Source of the DNA: Octopus bimaculoides
Lineage: Eukaryota
DNA: 32,377 nucleotides
Direction of reading: 5' to 3'
NCBI RefSeq assembly: GCF_001194135.2
Contig: NC_068985.1
Location: forward strand, 26,643,298-26,675,674
Shown: positions 1-12,945 of the stretch, piece after piece
Layout of the letters: each line of letters begins with the position of its first letter
Numbering within the stretch: the first letter of the stretch is position 1
Position numbers and translations under genes: made by a program
The notes under the pieces: generated by a model
The model's database searches: none
What the model saw: only the letters and a program-made list of their open reading frames with translations
Told to the model about the DNA's origin: nothing

Positions 1-763
1 ATATATATATATATATATATACATTCATACACACAAGTGAGTAGACAAACAAAAAAAGGGTACTCAACACCTTTATTAGGAGTTACATGTATAGATGAAA
101 CAGTTTGATGCAGACTCCTTGGTACTCCGAGTTTCAAGTATATGGCTATTCTTTGGCCATTGGGGTCTGAATGAGAGTTTAATTGAAGACAGTCAATGTT
201 TACTACTGGATGTTAGTCTGCGATTGGCCGAGAAAGGTCACATGGAGTGTATATATTTTAATATATTTATACACACACAAACACATCACAGAGGCTTCTG
301 CACATTTTCCAGCTATGAAATTTCACTCACAAAGCATATTGACTGGTCTGAGACAATATTAAAAACACATGTCAAAAGTGCCACACAATAGGACTGATCC
401 CAAAATCACATGATTGCAAAGCAAACTTCTTAACCACACAGTTATGTCAGTGTCTCTAATACATTAAAAAATATATATATACTCTTTATTTCTTATTATA
501 TAAGGCTAACATTAGTAATCCAACATCCGACAGGTAAACATAATTAGGTTTACTAAGAGTGTTTTGTACCCTATTGTACTTCACAAGACATTACCTGAAA
601 AGCCCTGACAAATGTACAGCTGTCATGCAGTCTCAAAATTTTGAAAGATATCCTATTAATTTACACTGCTTGTGCCCTAACACTGGGAGTAGATTACAGA
701 GCCGCATGTTAAGACTTGAAATGCTTCATCAATTACCTTAAACAGTTTAGAAATATTTCACAT

Positions 764-798
<35 letters not shown>

Positions 799-1047
799 AC
801 ACACACACACACACACAAGGCAGGTCAATGATATCGAGCTGACAAATCCTTTCACCTGCTAATCCACAAGGCAGGAGCTACACTTTAATTTACACTGAGA
901 AAATATTGACCTTCTGCTTAAAGAAGCATTTAGCCTTTCTTGAAATAAGAATTAAATAGAAGTTTTATAACTATTGATAACCCCATTTTCTTTTTTTATT
1001 GAATTTTTCTTTGTGAAGCAAACACAATGTGTTTTATTTTTTTTATA

Positions 1048-1520
1048 CATCATCATCATTGTTTAACGCTTTCTTTCCGTGCTGGCATGAGCTGGACAGT
1101 TTGACATGGAGCTGTTCAGACACCAACTGTCTGTTGTGGCATGGTTTCTATGGCTGGATGCCCTTCCTAATGCCAACCACTTAGGAGGGTGTGGTGGGTG
1201 CCTTTTACGTACCACCGACATGGGTGCATTAATGCAGAACCGACACGGGTGCGTTAACACAGCTCCAGCACCTGAAGGACAAGCCTGTGTGTGAGGACAA
1301 TGCCACATCTCCCAGTCCCTGTTCATTTGCTCAGTGATGCCCAGTGTCTGGAGAGCTTTTCTCATCACTTCATCCCATGTTTTCCTGGGTCTACTCCTTC
1401 CACAGATACCCTCCACAATTAGAGCTCGGCACTTCTTTATGCAGCAGTCCTCATTCACACGCATCACATGACCAAACAAGCACAGGCTTTTGTAATGGGC
1501 ATGTGGTGTGTGCCCACATT
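1048..1520 (-). mobile_element. 5'-truncated RTE-clade LINE 3' end (ORF C-terminus, 3' UTR, (GAT)n tail)
   Basis: Minus ORF reads FGHVMR...GRSRPRKTWDEVMRK, typical of RTE C-termini. It is followed by the UTR seen in other copies (GGAAGGGCATCCAGC...GCATGG...CGTTAAA) and a (GAT)n tail at 1048-1060. Confidence 0.85.
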
Positions 1521-2039
1521 GTGTTGACTTTTTTTGCTTGTGATGTCACTTCAGTCTTATTTCTAAAACTCTTGACAGTGGAATGAACATGACAATCACA
1601 ACTCACCTCCTTTAAATCAGATGTATTGACTAATGAGAGTAATCAATATCATCACCATGTTAGCTATAATTAATTAAAGATTAGTTAATAAGGAAGAATA
1701 ATTGAGAAACAACCCAGTGCTCCTACTTGTTTAACATCAAATTAGCCTTGGTCAAGAAGACATACTATAGTACCCCACAGAGACATGGGGAAGAAGGGGA
1801 GGAGAAAGAGAGGGACATTTGGCTGCTGTTACCAGCAGCTCATACAACCACATTATGAAGAGTCAGGAGAATATCCCATGTTGACATATCTCCTTCACTG
1901 ACCTATGTCATTGCCATCATACATTTATAGTCTGTAACTGAGTTTAGTTTTTGAAGTAGGGGAAAAGTTAAAACTTGATGTTCCTAAAAGTATGTCTGCT
2001 TAGCAAAGAAAAACTGGTGGAAAATAATGCAAAAATACA

Positions 2040-3012
2040 GTCTGAGAGAGAGAGAGAGAGAGAAAGAGGAAGGGGAAGAGAGAGAAGGGGAGAAGAGAGA
2101 GAGAGGAAGGTGAAGAGAGAGAAGGGGAGAAGAGAGAGAGAAGGGAGAGAGAAGGGGAGAATAGAGAGAGAAGGGGAGAAGAGAGAGAGAGGAAGGTGAA
2201 GAGAGAGAAGGGGAGAAGAGGAGAAGAGAAAGAGAGGAAGGTGAAGAGAGAGAAGGGAAGGTGAAGAGAGAGAAGGGGAGAAGAGAGAGAGAAGATGAAG
2301 ATAGAGAGAAGATGAAGATAGAGAAGGGGAGAAGAGAAAGAGAGGAAGGTGAAGAGAGAGAAGGGGAGAAGAGAAATAGAGAAAGGTGAAGAGAGAGAAG
2401 GGGAGAAGAGAGAAGAAGGTGGAGAGAGAGAGAGAGAGAAGAAGGTGGAGAGAGAGAGAGAGAGAGGAAGGTGGAGAGAGAGAGAGGAAGGTGGAGAGAG
2501 AGAGAGGAAGGTGGAGAGAGAGAGNNNNNNNNNNNNNNNNNNNNNNNNNNNNNNNNNNNNNNNNNNNNNNNNNNNNNNNNNNNNNNNNNNNNNNNNNNNN
2601 NNNNNNNNNNNNNNNNNNNNNNNNNNNNNNNNNNNNNNNNNNNNNNNNNNNNNNNNNNNNNNNNNNNNNNNNNNNNNNNNNNNNNNNNNNNNNNNNNNNN
2701 NNNNNNNNNNNNNNNNNNNNNNNNNNNNNNNNNNNNNNNNNNNNNNNNNNNNNNNNNNNNNNNNNNNNNNNNNNNNNNNNNNNNNNNNNNNNNNNNNNNN
2801 NNNNNGAGAAAGGGGAGGGGACAGAGAAGGGAGAGGAGAGGGAAAAGAGGAAGAAAAGAGAGTAGGGGAAGAAGAGAGGGAAGAAGAGAGAGAAGAGGGA
2901 AGGGGAAGAAGAGAAAGAGGGAGGGGGAGAGAGGGGAGAAGAAAGAGAAAGGTGTTAGAGAGAAACTGACAGACTAAAAGAGACAGACAGCTCAGGTCAC
3001 AGAGGACAGAGA

Positions 3013-3055
<43 letters not shown>

Positions 3056-3135
3056 TAGAAAAAAAAATGAGTGAGAGAGTAAGAAAGAGGGAGGAGGTGA
3101 AGGAAGGAGAAAGAGAGAGAGAGAGAGAGAGAGAA
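2040..3135. repeat. Purine-rich (GA)n/GAAGG low-complexity minisatellite around an assembly gap (N ~2525-2805)
   Basis: Almost pure A/G on the + strand, with recurring GAGGAAGGTG(A/G)AGAGAGAG units on the left of the N run. Confidence 0.95.
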
Positions 3136-3772
3136 TCTTCCCACTTATGTCACCCTGGCAACTGATACATTTAAACATTACTTGTAAATCAATGAATACT
3201 TCCAGTTAGAGTACTATTACATGAGGCGGTGAAAAGGTAGAACACATGAATGGAAGACCAGAAGATATCACTTGGACATGTTGACCGTTTAGAGATTAGC
3301 AACATTGCACAGAAGGTGTTGGGTAAAATAAAATAAAATAAATGGAAGAAAAGTACCTCTACTTAGAACCAAGTCAAAGTACAATGTGAAGGTAAGTAGT
3401 AGTAATTTTGTTTTTTTATATATATATATTCTTTAGATGTTTTAATATCATAAAAAAATCTTATGTGCTTACCAATAATTCAGGTGCCAATACATGATGG
3501 AATGGTGGGGGGGGGGGCAGGGATCAAACAAAATGATCACAAGGAACATCTAGTTGGTTATTTGCAATAAATAACCAACTTTCATTCAATCACATATGAC
3601 TTTAAAAAGAAAGTTAAAAGGGAAGGGTAATGTGGTCTCACCCCAATTCTAAGAAAAAAAAAATCATGGCTGAAGGGACGATCATAGGTATACTTGAATA
3701 GAGATGACCTGGGAGTAAACAACAAAACAGAAACCATAAAGTAAGAAGTAGTGAACTTCATAAGAATTATAT

Positions 3773-4100
3773 GTATCTTCTACTTGCTTTAGTCATTGGA
3801 CTGCAGCCATGCTAAGCACCACCTTAAAGGATTTTAGCTGAATTAATTGATCCTAATACTTTTCAAGTTTGGTACTTATTCTATTGGTCTTTTTTTTTTT
3901 AACTGCTAAGTTATGGGAATGTAATTAAACAATTCAACAATGGTTAATTAGTGGTGGTGGTGGGTCCAAACACACATTCATGTATTTCATGGACTTCTAC
4001 ACAGATTCTGCTACCAAATTCACATATGAGGAATTTGTCATTTTGGAGCTATTATAGAAAACACTTGCCCAGAGTGCTGTGCAGTTGCAAAATGAGATAC
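3773..4100 (-). mobile_element. Degenerate family A SINE
   Basis: Tail TACTTGCTTTAGTCATTGGACTGCAGCCATGC and head-side CACTTGCCCAGAG match the better-preserved copies. Confidence 0.75.
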
Positions 4101-4552
4101 TTAATCATACAACCAACATTTAGATCAGCTTCATCATGCTTCTATGGGTTGGATGGGTCCTTTCTTACACAGCATCTCATCATTTGTTGCATTACTTTGA
4201 TACCATTGTGAGGAACAACATCCTGGGATGAGCACTCATCATTTAGGTCTTTCGAAGGCTTCCTCTTTCAGTTTTCCTCAAACTTCTTTATGCACCTAAC
4301 TTCATATTTATCACATATCAATATAATTGTCTCTTGTACACTATACTTGATTCCCTTTTATTCCCAATTTTCCTCTCAGCTCATCTCTTCCACATTGCTC
4401 GTGCCCATTAACATTAGACATGAAGCAGAGCATAATTGCTTAATTTCCATTCAGCCATCACACTGTGTACACAAGTAACATGTTCTACCCTTTGCTTGAA
4501 GAGAGATTCCCCTTGTTGCTAGCAGAGGTAATATCTCCTTGAAACTTTTAAA

Positions 4553-5176
4553 TCCTTTAGCATTTAAACCAGGTATACCCTGTCCAAAATTCGCTACCTG
4601 TTTTATGTTCAAACTGTCCAGATCTGGCCTCTCGACCCGACATAAGATTGTCATTGTAAAAAATATACAATCAGGACAAAGTGGTGAGAAAGGATCTAAG
4701 GGGATAACAGAGGGCTGAGATTCCTGGCAGTTTGCTGTGCTTGAAAAGACACATCAAGCTAAATAAAAGCGTAGTTGCCCTTGTATAGAGGCTCATCCCC
4801 TGCAAGCTGAACATCCCTAAACTCTCTCCAGCTGAGCATCCTTAAACTTATGGGTTTGTAAATGCTGGTGCCGCATAAAAAGCACAAGCACCAGTGCTGT
4901 ATAAAAGCACCCAGTACACTCTGTGAAGTGGTTGGCATTAAAAATGGGCATCCAACCACAGAAATTATGTGAAAACAGACATGGGGCTTGAACAGCCTTT
5001 CAGCTGGTCAGCTCCTGTCAAACCATCCAGCCCATGCCATCATGGAAATTGGACGTTAAATGATGATGATGATGATGTCATTGAAATCTCTAAGCAACAA
5101 GATAATGCATGATTAATTCAAATCAATGTGAATAAATAAACATTACATTTGACAAAATAATGTGAATGCTAGAGGG
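4553..5176 (-). mobile_element. piggyBac-type MITE interrupted by an RTE 3' fragment
   Basis: Ends are (T)CCTTTAGCATT and AATGCTAGAGGG next to TTAA-like sites. The two halves (4553-4673 and ~5078-5176) join into the reverse complement of the MITEs at 7396 and 30868. Confidence 0.8.
4674..5077 (+). mobile_element. 5'-truncated RTE LINE 3' end nested in the MITE
   Basis: W(Q)FAVLEKTHQAK* resembles an RTE ORF end. It is followed by the shared 3' UTR and GGACGTTAAA(TGA)n tail. Confidence 0.75.
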
Positions 5177-5349
5177 TTTAAATTCTGTTCTTATTCTGGT
5201 TATATACTCTCAGGGTACCCTCCTCCACAAGTGATTAGATCACCTTGGTAACAAAAGCTTCCTTCCATGGAGCACCAGTACCTTCAATTCTAAATGTTTT
5301 CATGTCTGTAACTAAGTTTTCCGTAAACTCTGCTTTAACTAGGTTGTCA

Positions 5350-5660
5350 GCGTATTAAAATTCCTAGATTTTATGCCTTGGAGAACTGTAAAAGGGGACT
5401 GATGATTAAACCTTGATGAATAATTGCATTTTTGTACATGACTAGTGATGCTATCATAAAGTATCCATCTACTTCTAGTTTGCTCAAAGAACACCCAAAC
5501 TAGAGATCTTGGTACTTTTTCAAAGGCATTCTCCAGATCAACAAATGCTAGGAACAGAGGCTTACACTAAGCTAAAAACTTCTCTTACAACTATCCCACT
5601 ATGAAACAAACATCAGCAATAACCCAACCTAATAAAAACTAGAATTGCATCTCATCTAAG
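5350..5660 (-). pseudogene. Decayed RTE LINE reverse transcriptase fragment
   Basis: Minus strand reads KPLFLAFVDLENAFEKVPR (RT motif, cf. LYLAFVDLEKAFDRVPR) and then HQGLIISP (cf. HQGSVLSP), with frameshifts and a deletion. Confidence 0.8.
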
Positions 5661-6189
5661 CTCATTCTCTGCCAAATCAATTGAGCTTAAACTGTCTGTT
5701 ACTAGCACTACCCATGGAAATTCCAATTATTTTGATAACTATAAAATTGTTGGATGTTTATAGAAAATCAAATATAGAATTTCTTTCGAAATGATATTTT
5801 TGCTAAAGTATTTGATTCTTAGCTTTACGTGCAGTTGTAAAAGACAACAGACAGTGCTGAAGCAAACAGGAAAGAAAATTTGAAGTAAATGCTTTAATTT
5901 TAACTATGGAATGACATTTTAACTGCCAAATGTACCACTGGTGGTTCATTGCACACTACACACAACCACCATATGTGTTGCTGGCAGTACATTTTTATAA
6001 TCTGAGAGAATATTTCATCCTGTATCTTTGACATGGTTTCAAAGATATTTAGATAATTATGGGATATTGTGAAAATGAAAAAAATTACATTTCCTTGCAT
6101 GAAGTATGTGGCATCACTGGTGAGTTCTAGTGACAGACCGTGGTGGTTAACATGTTAATATCAGTGTACTACAGTAGGACTCCATTAGT

Positions 6190-6577
6190 TGTTGTTGTTG
6201 GCACTCCGTCGCTTATGACGTCGAGGGTTCCAGTTGATCCGATCAACGGAACAGCCTGTTCGTGAAATTACAGTGCAAGTGGCTGAGCACTCCACAGACA
6301 CGTGTACCCTTAACGTAGTTCTCGGGGATATTCAGCATGACACAGTGTGACAAGGCTGACTCTTTGAATTACAGGCACAACAGAAACAGGAAGTAAGAGT
6401 GACAGAAAGTTGTGGTGGAAGAGTACAGCAGGGTCCGCCGCCATCCCCAGCCAGAGCCTCATGGAGCTTTAGGTGTTTTCGCTCAATAAACTCTCACAAC
6501 GCCCAGTCTGGGAATCGAAACTGCGATCCTATGACTGCGAGTCCGCTGCCCTAACCACTGGGCCATTGCGCCTCCAC
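6190..6577 (-). mobile_element. Full-length tRNA-derived SINE (family C) with 11-bp TSD
   Basis: tRNA-like head with A box TGGCCCAGTGG and B-box-like GTTTCGATTCCC, an (AAC)n tail, and identical flanks ACTCCATTAGT at 6179-6189 and 6578-6588. Confidence 0.9.
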
Positions 6578-6870
6578 ACTCCATTAGTAATGCTTTAGCA
6601 AACCTTAGTTTACTGTTATATATCCTTATTTTCATACCAGAGGAAAGCACATATGGTATGACATAAAAGCCACACACCCAGTGAATGACATACAATGGTT
6701 GTCCATCTAATTATGGATTCTAACATAAAAAAAATATCAGTAACATAATACACAATTCAAGACATCTATTTCCTAGTCTTATGAATAATATAGTATAAAT
6801 GTTGTGTATAAAATAGATTAGGAGTTAGATTTTATCCCATAATTTATGGGATACAATGGATGTGTATACA

Positions 6871-7325
6871 TATCATTGTTTAAATGTCCATTTTCCATAT
6901 TTGCATGGGTCAGGCAAAAAGGTATTGAGACAGATTTTTCTATGGCCAGATGCATTTTCTGTTGCCAGCTCACACTTGTTTTCAGTTAAAGTAATATTTC
7001 CTCTCATCCTTCAATGTACAGCTTAACATCCAGACACAATTTCATGAAGGATTGTGGACAAACAATATTATTTGTGCAACAGTGACTTGTTTTCAATTAA
7101 CACATGTCAAGACATAGTAAACACTCATTCACACATACAAGCATGCATGTGCAGACACACAAGTGCTTCTTCTAGTTTCCATCTAGAAAATTTCATTCAC
7201 AAGGCATTAGTCTGCCCTAAACTATAGTAGAAGACATCAGCTGACAATGCCCACTCAATGGGAATGAATCTTAAACAGAGTGGGGCTCCAAAGCAAATTT
7301 TTAATCACATGGTCATCCCTGTGCT
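6871..7325 (-). mobile_element. Degenerate family B SINE (family A head, RTE-type tail)
   Basis: Same module order as 19868-20350 and 25520-25988. Confidence 0.65.
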
Positions 7326-7395
7326 ATGTATATCTATCTATCTATCCATCTATCTATATTTGCTGGTTTTAGTCATGCTAGAGTATCAACTTTAA

Positions 7396-7612
7396 CCCTT
7401 TAGCATTCAGATTACTCTGTCAAATTTAATGCTTATTTATTCGTATTGTCTTCAATTAATCCAGTATTATCATGTGGCTTAGGGATTTTAATGATGTGAT
7501 TGTTTATTTTCAGAATAACATTGTAGGGTAGGTGTGAGAGGATGGATATAGTCAGTTTGAATATAAAACAAGTAGAATATTTGGGTTGAATATGGCCTGT
7601 TTAAATGCAGGG
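7396..7612 (+). mobile_element. piggyBac-type MITE
   Basis: TTAA|CCCTTTAGCATT ... AATGCAGGG|TTAA. Interior is homologous to 30868-31087. Confidence 0.85.
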
Positions 7613-8361
7613 TTAACTGGTTTCAGTTATGCTGTTGTACCACCTTCAGAGGATTTAATTAATCATACTGTCTTGAATATTTAACCCAATTGTCACCACT
7701 TTTAGAAGTTTGTAAGTGTGTCTGGTAGTTGAGTGTGTGACGCTTGGCTAAATTAAATCTTCTTTCGGTACGGACAGTTGGTCCAAAACAAAACAACATG
7801 GAGGCGTCAGAATGGATAACTGATGTTAAATGATGACTTCTACACATGTAAATTTGTGCAAATGCACGCGCGCACACACACACATTTAAGAGTTTTAAAT
7901 GCTTAACAAATAAGTCAGCCAGTGAAACTTTGAAGTTAGTCGATAAAATAATATACAAGTTATTATCAAAGCAAACAATTTTCTTTATGAAGAAAGTGAC
8001 ATTGATTTTAACATACTGATATGTTTGAGCAATAGGCTCTTAGACATGACAATATATATATCAGACAGCTAGGTGCAATTCTCTAGCTCACCAGCTTCTG
8101 TCAAACCATCCAACAATCCATGCCAGCATGGAAAACACATTAAATGGTCATGATATATATATATGTGTGTGTGTAGGTGTGTGTGTGTTTACACATATAC
8201 ACACATGTATATACATACATACATACACCTCTGCATGTGGTATGTTTGAATTTATAACTAACTATACAGTTAGTGGGTCAAGTACCTAGATCTCACAGTC
8301 ATTGGAAACACATGCTTTCACACCATAGGAAAAAAACAATGAAAACATCTAACCATTTTTT

Positions 8362-8703
8362 ATTCTTTTACTTGTTTCAGTCATTTGACTGCAGCCATGC
8401 TGGTGCACAGTCTTTAGTTGAACAAATGGAACCCAAGACTTATTTTTTGTAAGCCTAGCAATTATTCTATCAGCCCCTTTTACCGAACTGCTTAGTTACG
8501 GGGACAAACACACCAACATCGGTTGTTAAGTGATGGTGAGGTGGGGGGGACAAATACAAACATACATGATAAGCTTCTTTCAGCTTCCGTCTACCAGATT
8601 CACTCATAAGCTATAGAAGAAGACACTTGCCCAAGGTGCCATGCAGCGAGACTGAATCCAGAACCATATGGATAGGAAGCAAGCTTCTTACCACAGTCAT
8701 ACC
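8362..8703 (-). mobile_element. Family A SINE
   Basis: Reverse-complement match to 8892-9270. Confidence 0.85.
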
Positions 8704-8891
8704 TAGAAAAATTATATGAAGAATATGCTTCATATATGAAGAATATACTCAGAACCACATTCACCACTGCTTAAGTAAGAATGTAACTAATGAAACAAAG
8801 CTTTTGAAAAGCATTTCAGTTTGTGACCTTCCAGTATTTCAGCCTTAAAACTTGTGCTCCTCAAAAACCATGCGTTTGTCTACTGATAGTT

Positions 8892-9270
8892 AGTGGCTGT
8901 GTGGTAAGTAGCTTGCTTGCCAACCACATGGTTCCGGGTTCAGTCCCACTGCATGGCACCTTGGGCAAGTGTCTTTTACTATAGCCTCAGGCCGACCAAG
9001 GCCTTGTGAGTGGATTTTGTAGATGGAAACTGAAAGAAGCCTGTCGTATAAATGTATATATATGTGTGTGTGTTTGCGTGTCCCCCCAACATCGCTTGAC
9101 AACTGATGCTGGTGTGTTTACGTCCCCGTAACTTAGTGGCTCGGCAAAAGAGACCAATAGAATAAGTACCAGGCTTACAATGAATAAGTCCTGGGGTCGA
9201 TTTGCTCGACAAAAGGTGGTGCTCCAGCTTGGCCACAGTCAAATGACTGAAACATGTAAAAGAGTAAAGG
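8892..9270 (+). mobile_element. Family A SINE, near full length
   Basis: tRNA-like head (TGGCTGTGTGG ... GGTTCAGTCCC), CCTTGGGCAAGT core, internal (TA)n(TG)n, and tail AAATGACTGAAACA(A)GTAAAAGAG. Confidence 0.92.
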
Positions 9271-11119
9271 CCATAACTTCAGATATATGGTACTTCAGCA
9301 AAGAGAACAGTTGTGCTGAAGACCAGCTCATCATAACTGCTCCCACATATACATCTGTGTGCATTTAAAAGTGTGGAAGCTATAGAAATGGGGATATTTC
9401 ATTATTACAAATGTATTTGATACCCCAGCTACCACAGTGTAAAGGTTTACTGCCTGTGGTTCCAAGAAGCTCCTGTCATTTGAGACAAAAATCATATGAT
9501 CTAGGTTTAAGTAGGAGAAATTTATGCAGCAATTATTCTGGATTGTCTATATCCAGTATCAAGGCATGGCTAAGATGGTTGAAGAGGAGACTTGATGCAG
9601 GAGTCTGATAGAAATTTGACAGAAGTTGCTGAAAGGGCTTCGCTTCAATTTTTCTGTCAGACCAGTTTCCCTTAGCCTTATTCTATCCCTAGCACTCAAG
9701 ACAGTGAAACTATCTGACCCTTAGCTGAATGTTTGACAGTAATAATCATGTGCCAATCTTGTTTGCAAGGTATGAGGAGGGAGCCATTTGAATTTAAAGT
9801 TTTCTATTTCCTAGCTAGCATTCGGAAGGGCATCTAGCTGTAGTAACCATGCCATATCAGAGTGGAACATGGTGCAGCTCCCCAGCTTACCAGTTTTCAG
9901 TCAAACCATCCAACCCATACCAGCATGGAAAATGGATGTTAAATGATGATGATGATGATGATCTGACAAGAAGATTGGTCTAAGGGCCATCACTTCCAGT
10001 GGTCTTACTGCATGATTGGTTAACAACTCAAGTATTTTTATGTCTCTACATATAAAGCATAATGCCAACATATTTTAATGTTATATAGAGTAAAATCATT
10101 CTACCAGAGTCCAAGGAAATTGGTTATAGTCACCAGCAATTTAATCAATAGCAAAGTTTGATATGTTTAATTGCTTTGAGAAGGAAGATAGAGAAAGGGT
10201 TTGTTATCTTCCTTACTCTCAGATAAAGGACAGGAATTAAAAAAAAAAATCAGAATCAAGCTTGATAACTTAAGAGGTGGCTGTTGTTTAGCACCATCAA
10301 GAATACCTAATGTTATAAATACTCCAGTTGTGCTCATACTGTCTTTTACTCAGTTTATCAAAGACTACATTATTGAATGCCTTTTTATCTAAGCTTTCTA
10401 GAAGGTAGGAAGTGATTTAGGGAGATTTAGCTGCAGGGGTGGCTACATATGTATAGGAATGAATTGTGGATATGTACTTGTTATATAAGTCAGTGAATTA
10501 ACTAATCCTTCTCCTTTGTGTCTAAGACAAAAGAAACATCCTTCTTTTAATAATAATTATAATAATGCCCATATGATGTAACACTTTTAGCAGTTAAGCA
10601 GTGTTTCATAAAAAGAATGGCTTTTAATTCTATGTAAGCTCATTAATAGCTAGCCTAGTAAATTCCTTAGATGGGACCAGTCAGGCAGCACTGGCAACGA
10701 AAGCAATATTTACTAAGCAAGTGAGCAGTATTATACAAAGAAATAATTAGACGTAAAATATTAAAATTATTAGAATTGGGAATCAAATGTGAAAATACTA
10801 TTAAGGGGTTAGCAGAAAACTGTCTGGAGAGCGGTCTTTCTGCTAGTATATATAAATCAGTCAGTAGCTCATGTATCCAAAAAGAAGCTAGAACACTAAT
10901 ACTTCGGTTGCTTGTTATGGCTGGTCAGAGATTGACCATTGGTTTCACACCTACAAAGCTCTGAACTGTTTAATTGGATGAACCTTGCCCTTCCTCTCTC
11001 CAATTGTAGAGAGGTTATGTACCTCCAGTCAATGAGTCTGACAAGCTACAATACAATTAAGCACTTTATAAGTGCAAAACTAATGATTACTCTCTGACTG
11101 GCCATAACAAACAACCTAA

Positions 11120-11166
<47 letters not shown>

Positions 11167-11418
11167 CAAGCAGAAAATGGAGAAAACTTTTGATCAACAA
11201 ACAAATTGACTACCACCAGTTATTTTTTAATACAAAAACTTAACATTGCTAACAGCCATTTCTGCTGCCTATGTCAGTCAGTGCTGCCATAGAAAATTAT
11301 GAGAATAATATTTGACATCTTTTATAGCACATCTGATCTGGTACATGTAGCTTTATCAGATTGAATACAAATATATAAGAGAAGAGAGAAAACGAAAGAA
11401 CAGGGCCTTTTTATATAG

Positions 11419-11706
11419 GCCGATGCCAGTGCTGCCTTGACTGGCTTCCGTGTCAGTGGCATGTAAAAAGCACCAACTGATCACGGCCGTTGCCAGCCTC
11501 CTCTGGCCCCTGTGCCAGTGGCACGTAAAAAGCACCCACTACACTCATGGAGTGGTTGGCATTAGGAAGGGCATCCAGCTGTAGAAACACTGCCAGATCA
11601 GACTGGAGCGTGGTGCAGCCTCCTGGCTTCCCAGACCCCACTGGAACCGTCCAACCCATGCTAGCATGGAAAACGGACGTTAAACGATGATGATGATGAT
11701 GATGAT
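11419..11706 (+). mobile_element. Young RTE-type 3' UTR fragment with (GAT)n tail
   Basis: Internal duplication of TG(T/C)CAGTGGCA(T/C)GTAAAAAGCACC, and AAAACGGACGTTAAAC(GAT)n end. Confidence 0.85.
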
Positions 11707-11739
11707 ATATATAAATCAAAGGTAAAAAACAACAAAAGG

Positions 11740-11945
11740 AAATCGTCAAAACATAATGAGCAGGAAAAGGCCGATAGCACAACAATGGCAAACAAGACAA
11801 AGCAAGATACACAAATCATTCGCAGCCAATTGATTCTTCAGTCAGGGTCTAGAATGTCCACATACTGTCACCCAATCCTTTCTGATACTACTTGAAACCA
11901 GTTGGGCCAAGGGCTTAAGCTGAGGGCATTAAGCCCCTGACAAGG
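11740..11945 (-). mobile_element. Possible decayed Penelope-like 3' end (pLTR)
   Basis: Minus strand reads QGLNALSL (cf. the GIY-YIG terminal P.GLN motif), followed by a damaged CTGAAGA...CGAAT hammerhead-like motif. Weak. Confidence 0.3.
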
Positions 11946-12743
11946 CAAACGAATGTACATATACAAACAAACATATATAAAATCAATTTCCATGCTTGCA
12001 CGATTTGGATGTCTTGACAGGCTTTGGCAAGCTTGCAAGGCTGTACTGAGCTCTAGTGTCAGCTAAAGCTTCTACAAACGGATGCCTTTCCTAAGACAAA
12101 CTATGTCACAGTGTGTACTAAGTACTTTTTTGTGCCACCAACACTTGTGAGGTAGCTAAATAACTTGCAAGACAAAAAGAACATGCTAAGGGGGAATGGG
12201 AAGTATTTGAGAGGGGAAAGTGGGTTTACGTCATGTGTTGAAAGGCTAAAGTATGATGGTACAGAGGAGATACTGGCTACCACACTTTATATAGGAGGGA
12301 GGGAGAAGTTGGGAAAGAAATAAAGACGGTTGAGTGCCAGAGCAAACTCTCAACGTACAAGATGAGAATAGGATAGGATACAATGGGTAAGGAGAAGAGG
12401 AGGGAGAGGGTCCTTTCATAAGAATGTGAAGTGGGAGTAAGAGATGGACAGAAATGAACCCTGTTTGGTCACCAAAGCAAATTCACAGGTTATTAAGTCC
12501 TACACATTCATTTTAACTGTTCTTTCACAACAATCTATTTCTGGCCTTTCCATCATCATTGTTTACTCTCCTATTCTCCTCGTCAATCCACACATTTTAG
12601 GTCAGTAAGTACTCTACAATTATTGAGAACAAAGTACTCAAATCCTGTGTTAATGCCAAGAAGGACTCCACCATGATCCCTCTGCAGTGATAAGTGTGCG
12701 AGACAAGTTCTAGTGCTTTTGCCATGGAAAAGCACCCACTTAC

Positions 12744-12945
12744 ACGGGTTGGCAATAAACTGAGAATGCACAGGGTTGTAAGGTCCTTTCGGTCCTGACT
12801 TGCCGAGAACTATTAAACCTCCCTAGTGTTAACGCATGAGAAAACGCATTCAGTACATTTTGTAAAATGGATGACGATAGGAAGGGTGTCCCTCCGTAGA
12901 AGCCAAATCTATGGACGCCCATGGCTCTTAAGAAGAAAAGACAAC
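12744..12945 (-). other. Candidate exon of an unidentified minus-strand gene
   Basis: Acceptor tcgtcag| at 12945 (alternative ggcatag| at 12954), Kozak-like GCCATGG (ATG 12922-12920), open frame MGVHRFGFYGG...VYCQP, and donor |gtaagt after 12744. Non-repetitive with higher GC. Protein not recognised. Confidence 0.25.

Noticed and set aside
678-737. Minus-strand VIDEAFQ resembling a helicase Walker B motif
   Set aside because: It stops after 19 codons with no usable donor and no other helicase motif nearby.
2000-3178. 392-aa and overlapping E/R/G-rich ORFs
   Set aside because: They are translations of the (GA)n tract read through an N gap, not genes.
10640-10964. Open frames of ~80-90 codons on both strands
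   Set aside because: No convincing splice sites or recognisable motif, and this length is expected by chance occasionally.
11245-11290. Minus-strand CTGACTGA...GAAATGGCTGTT hammerhead-like string
   Set aside because: The core spacing is wrong and neither stem I nor stem II pairs convincingly.
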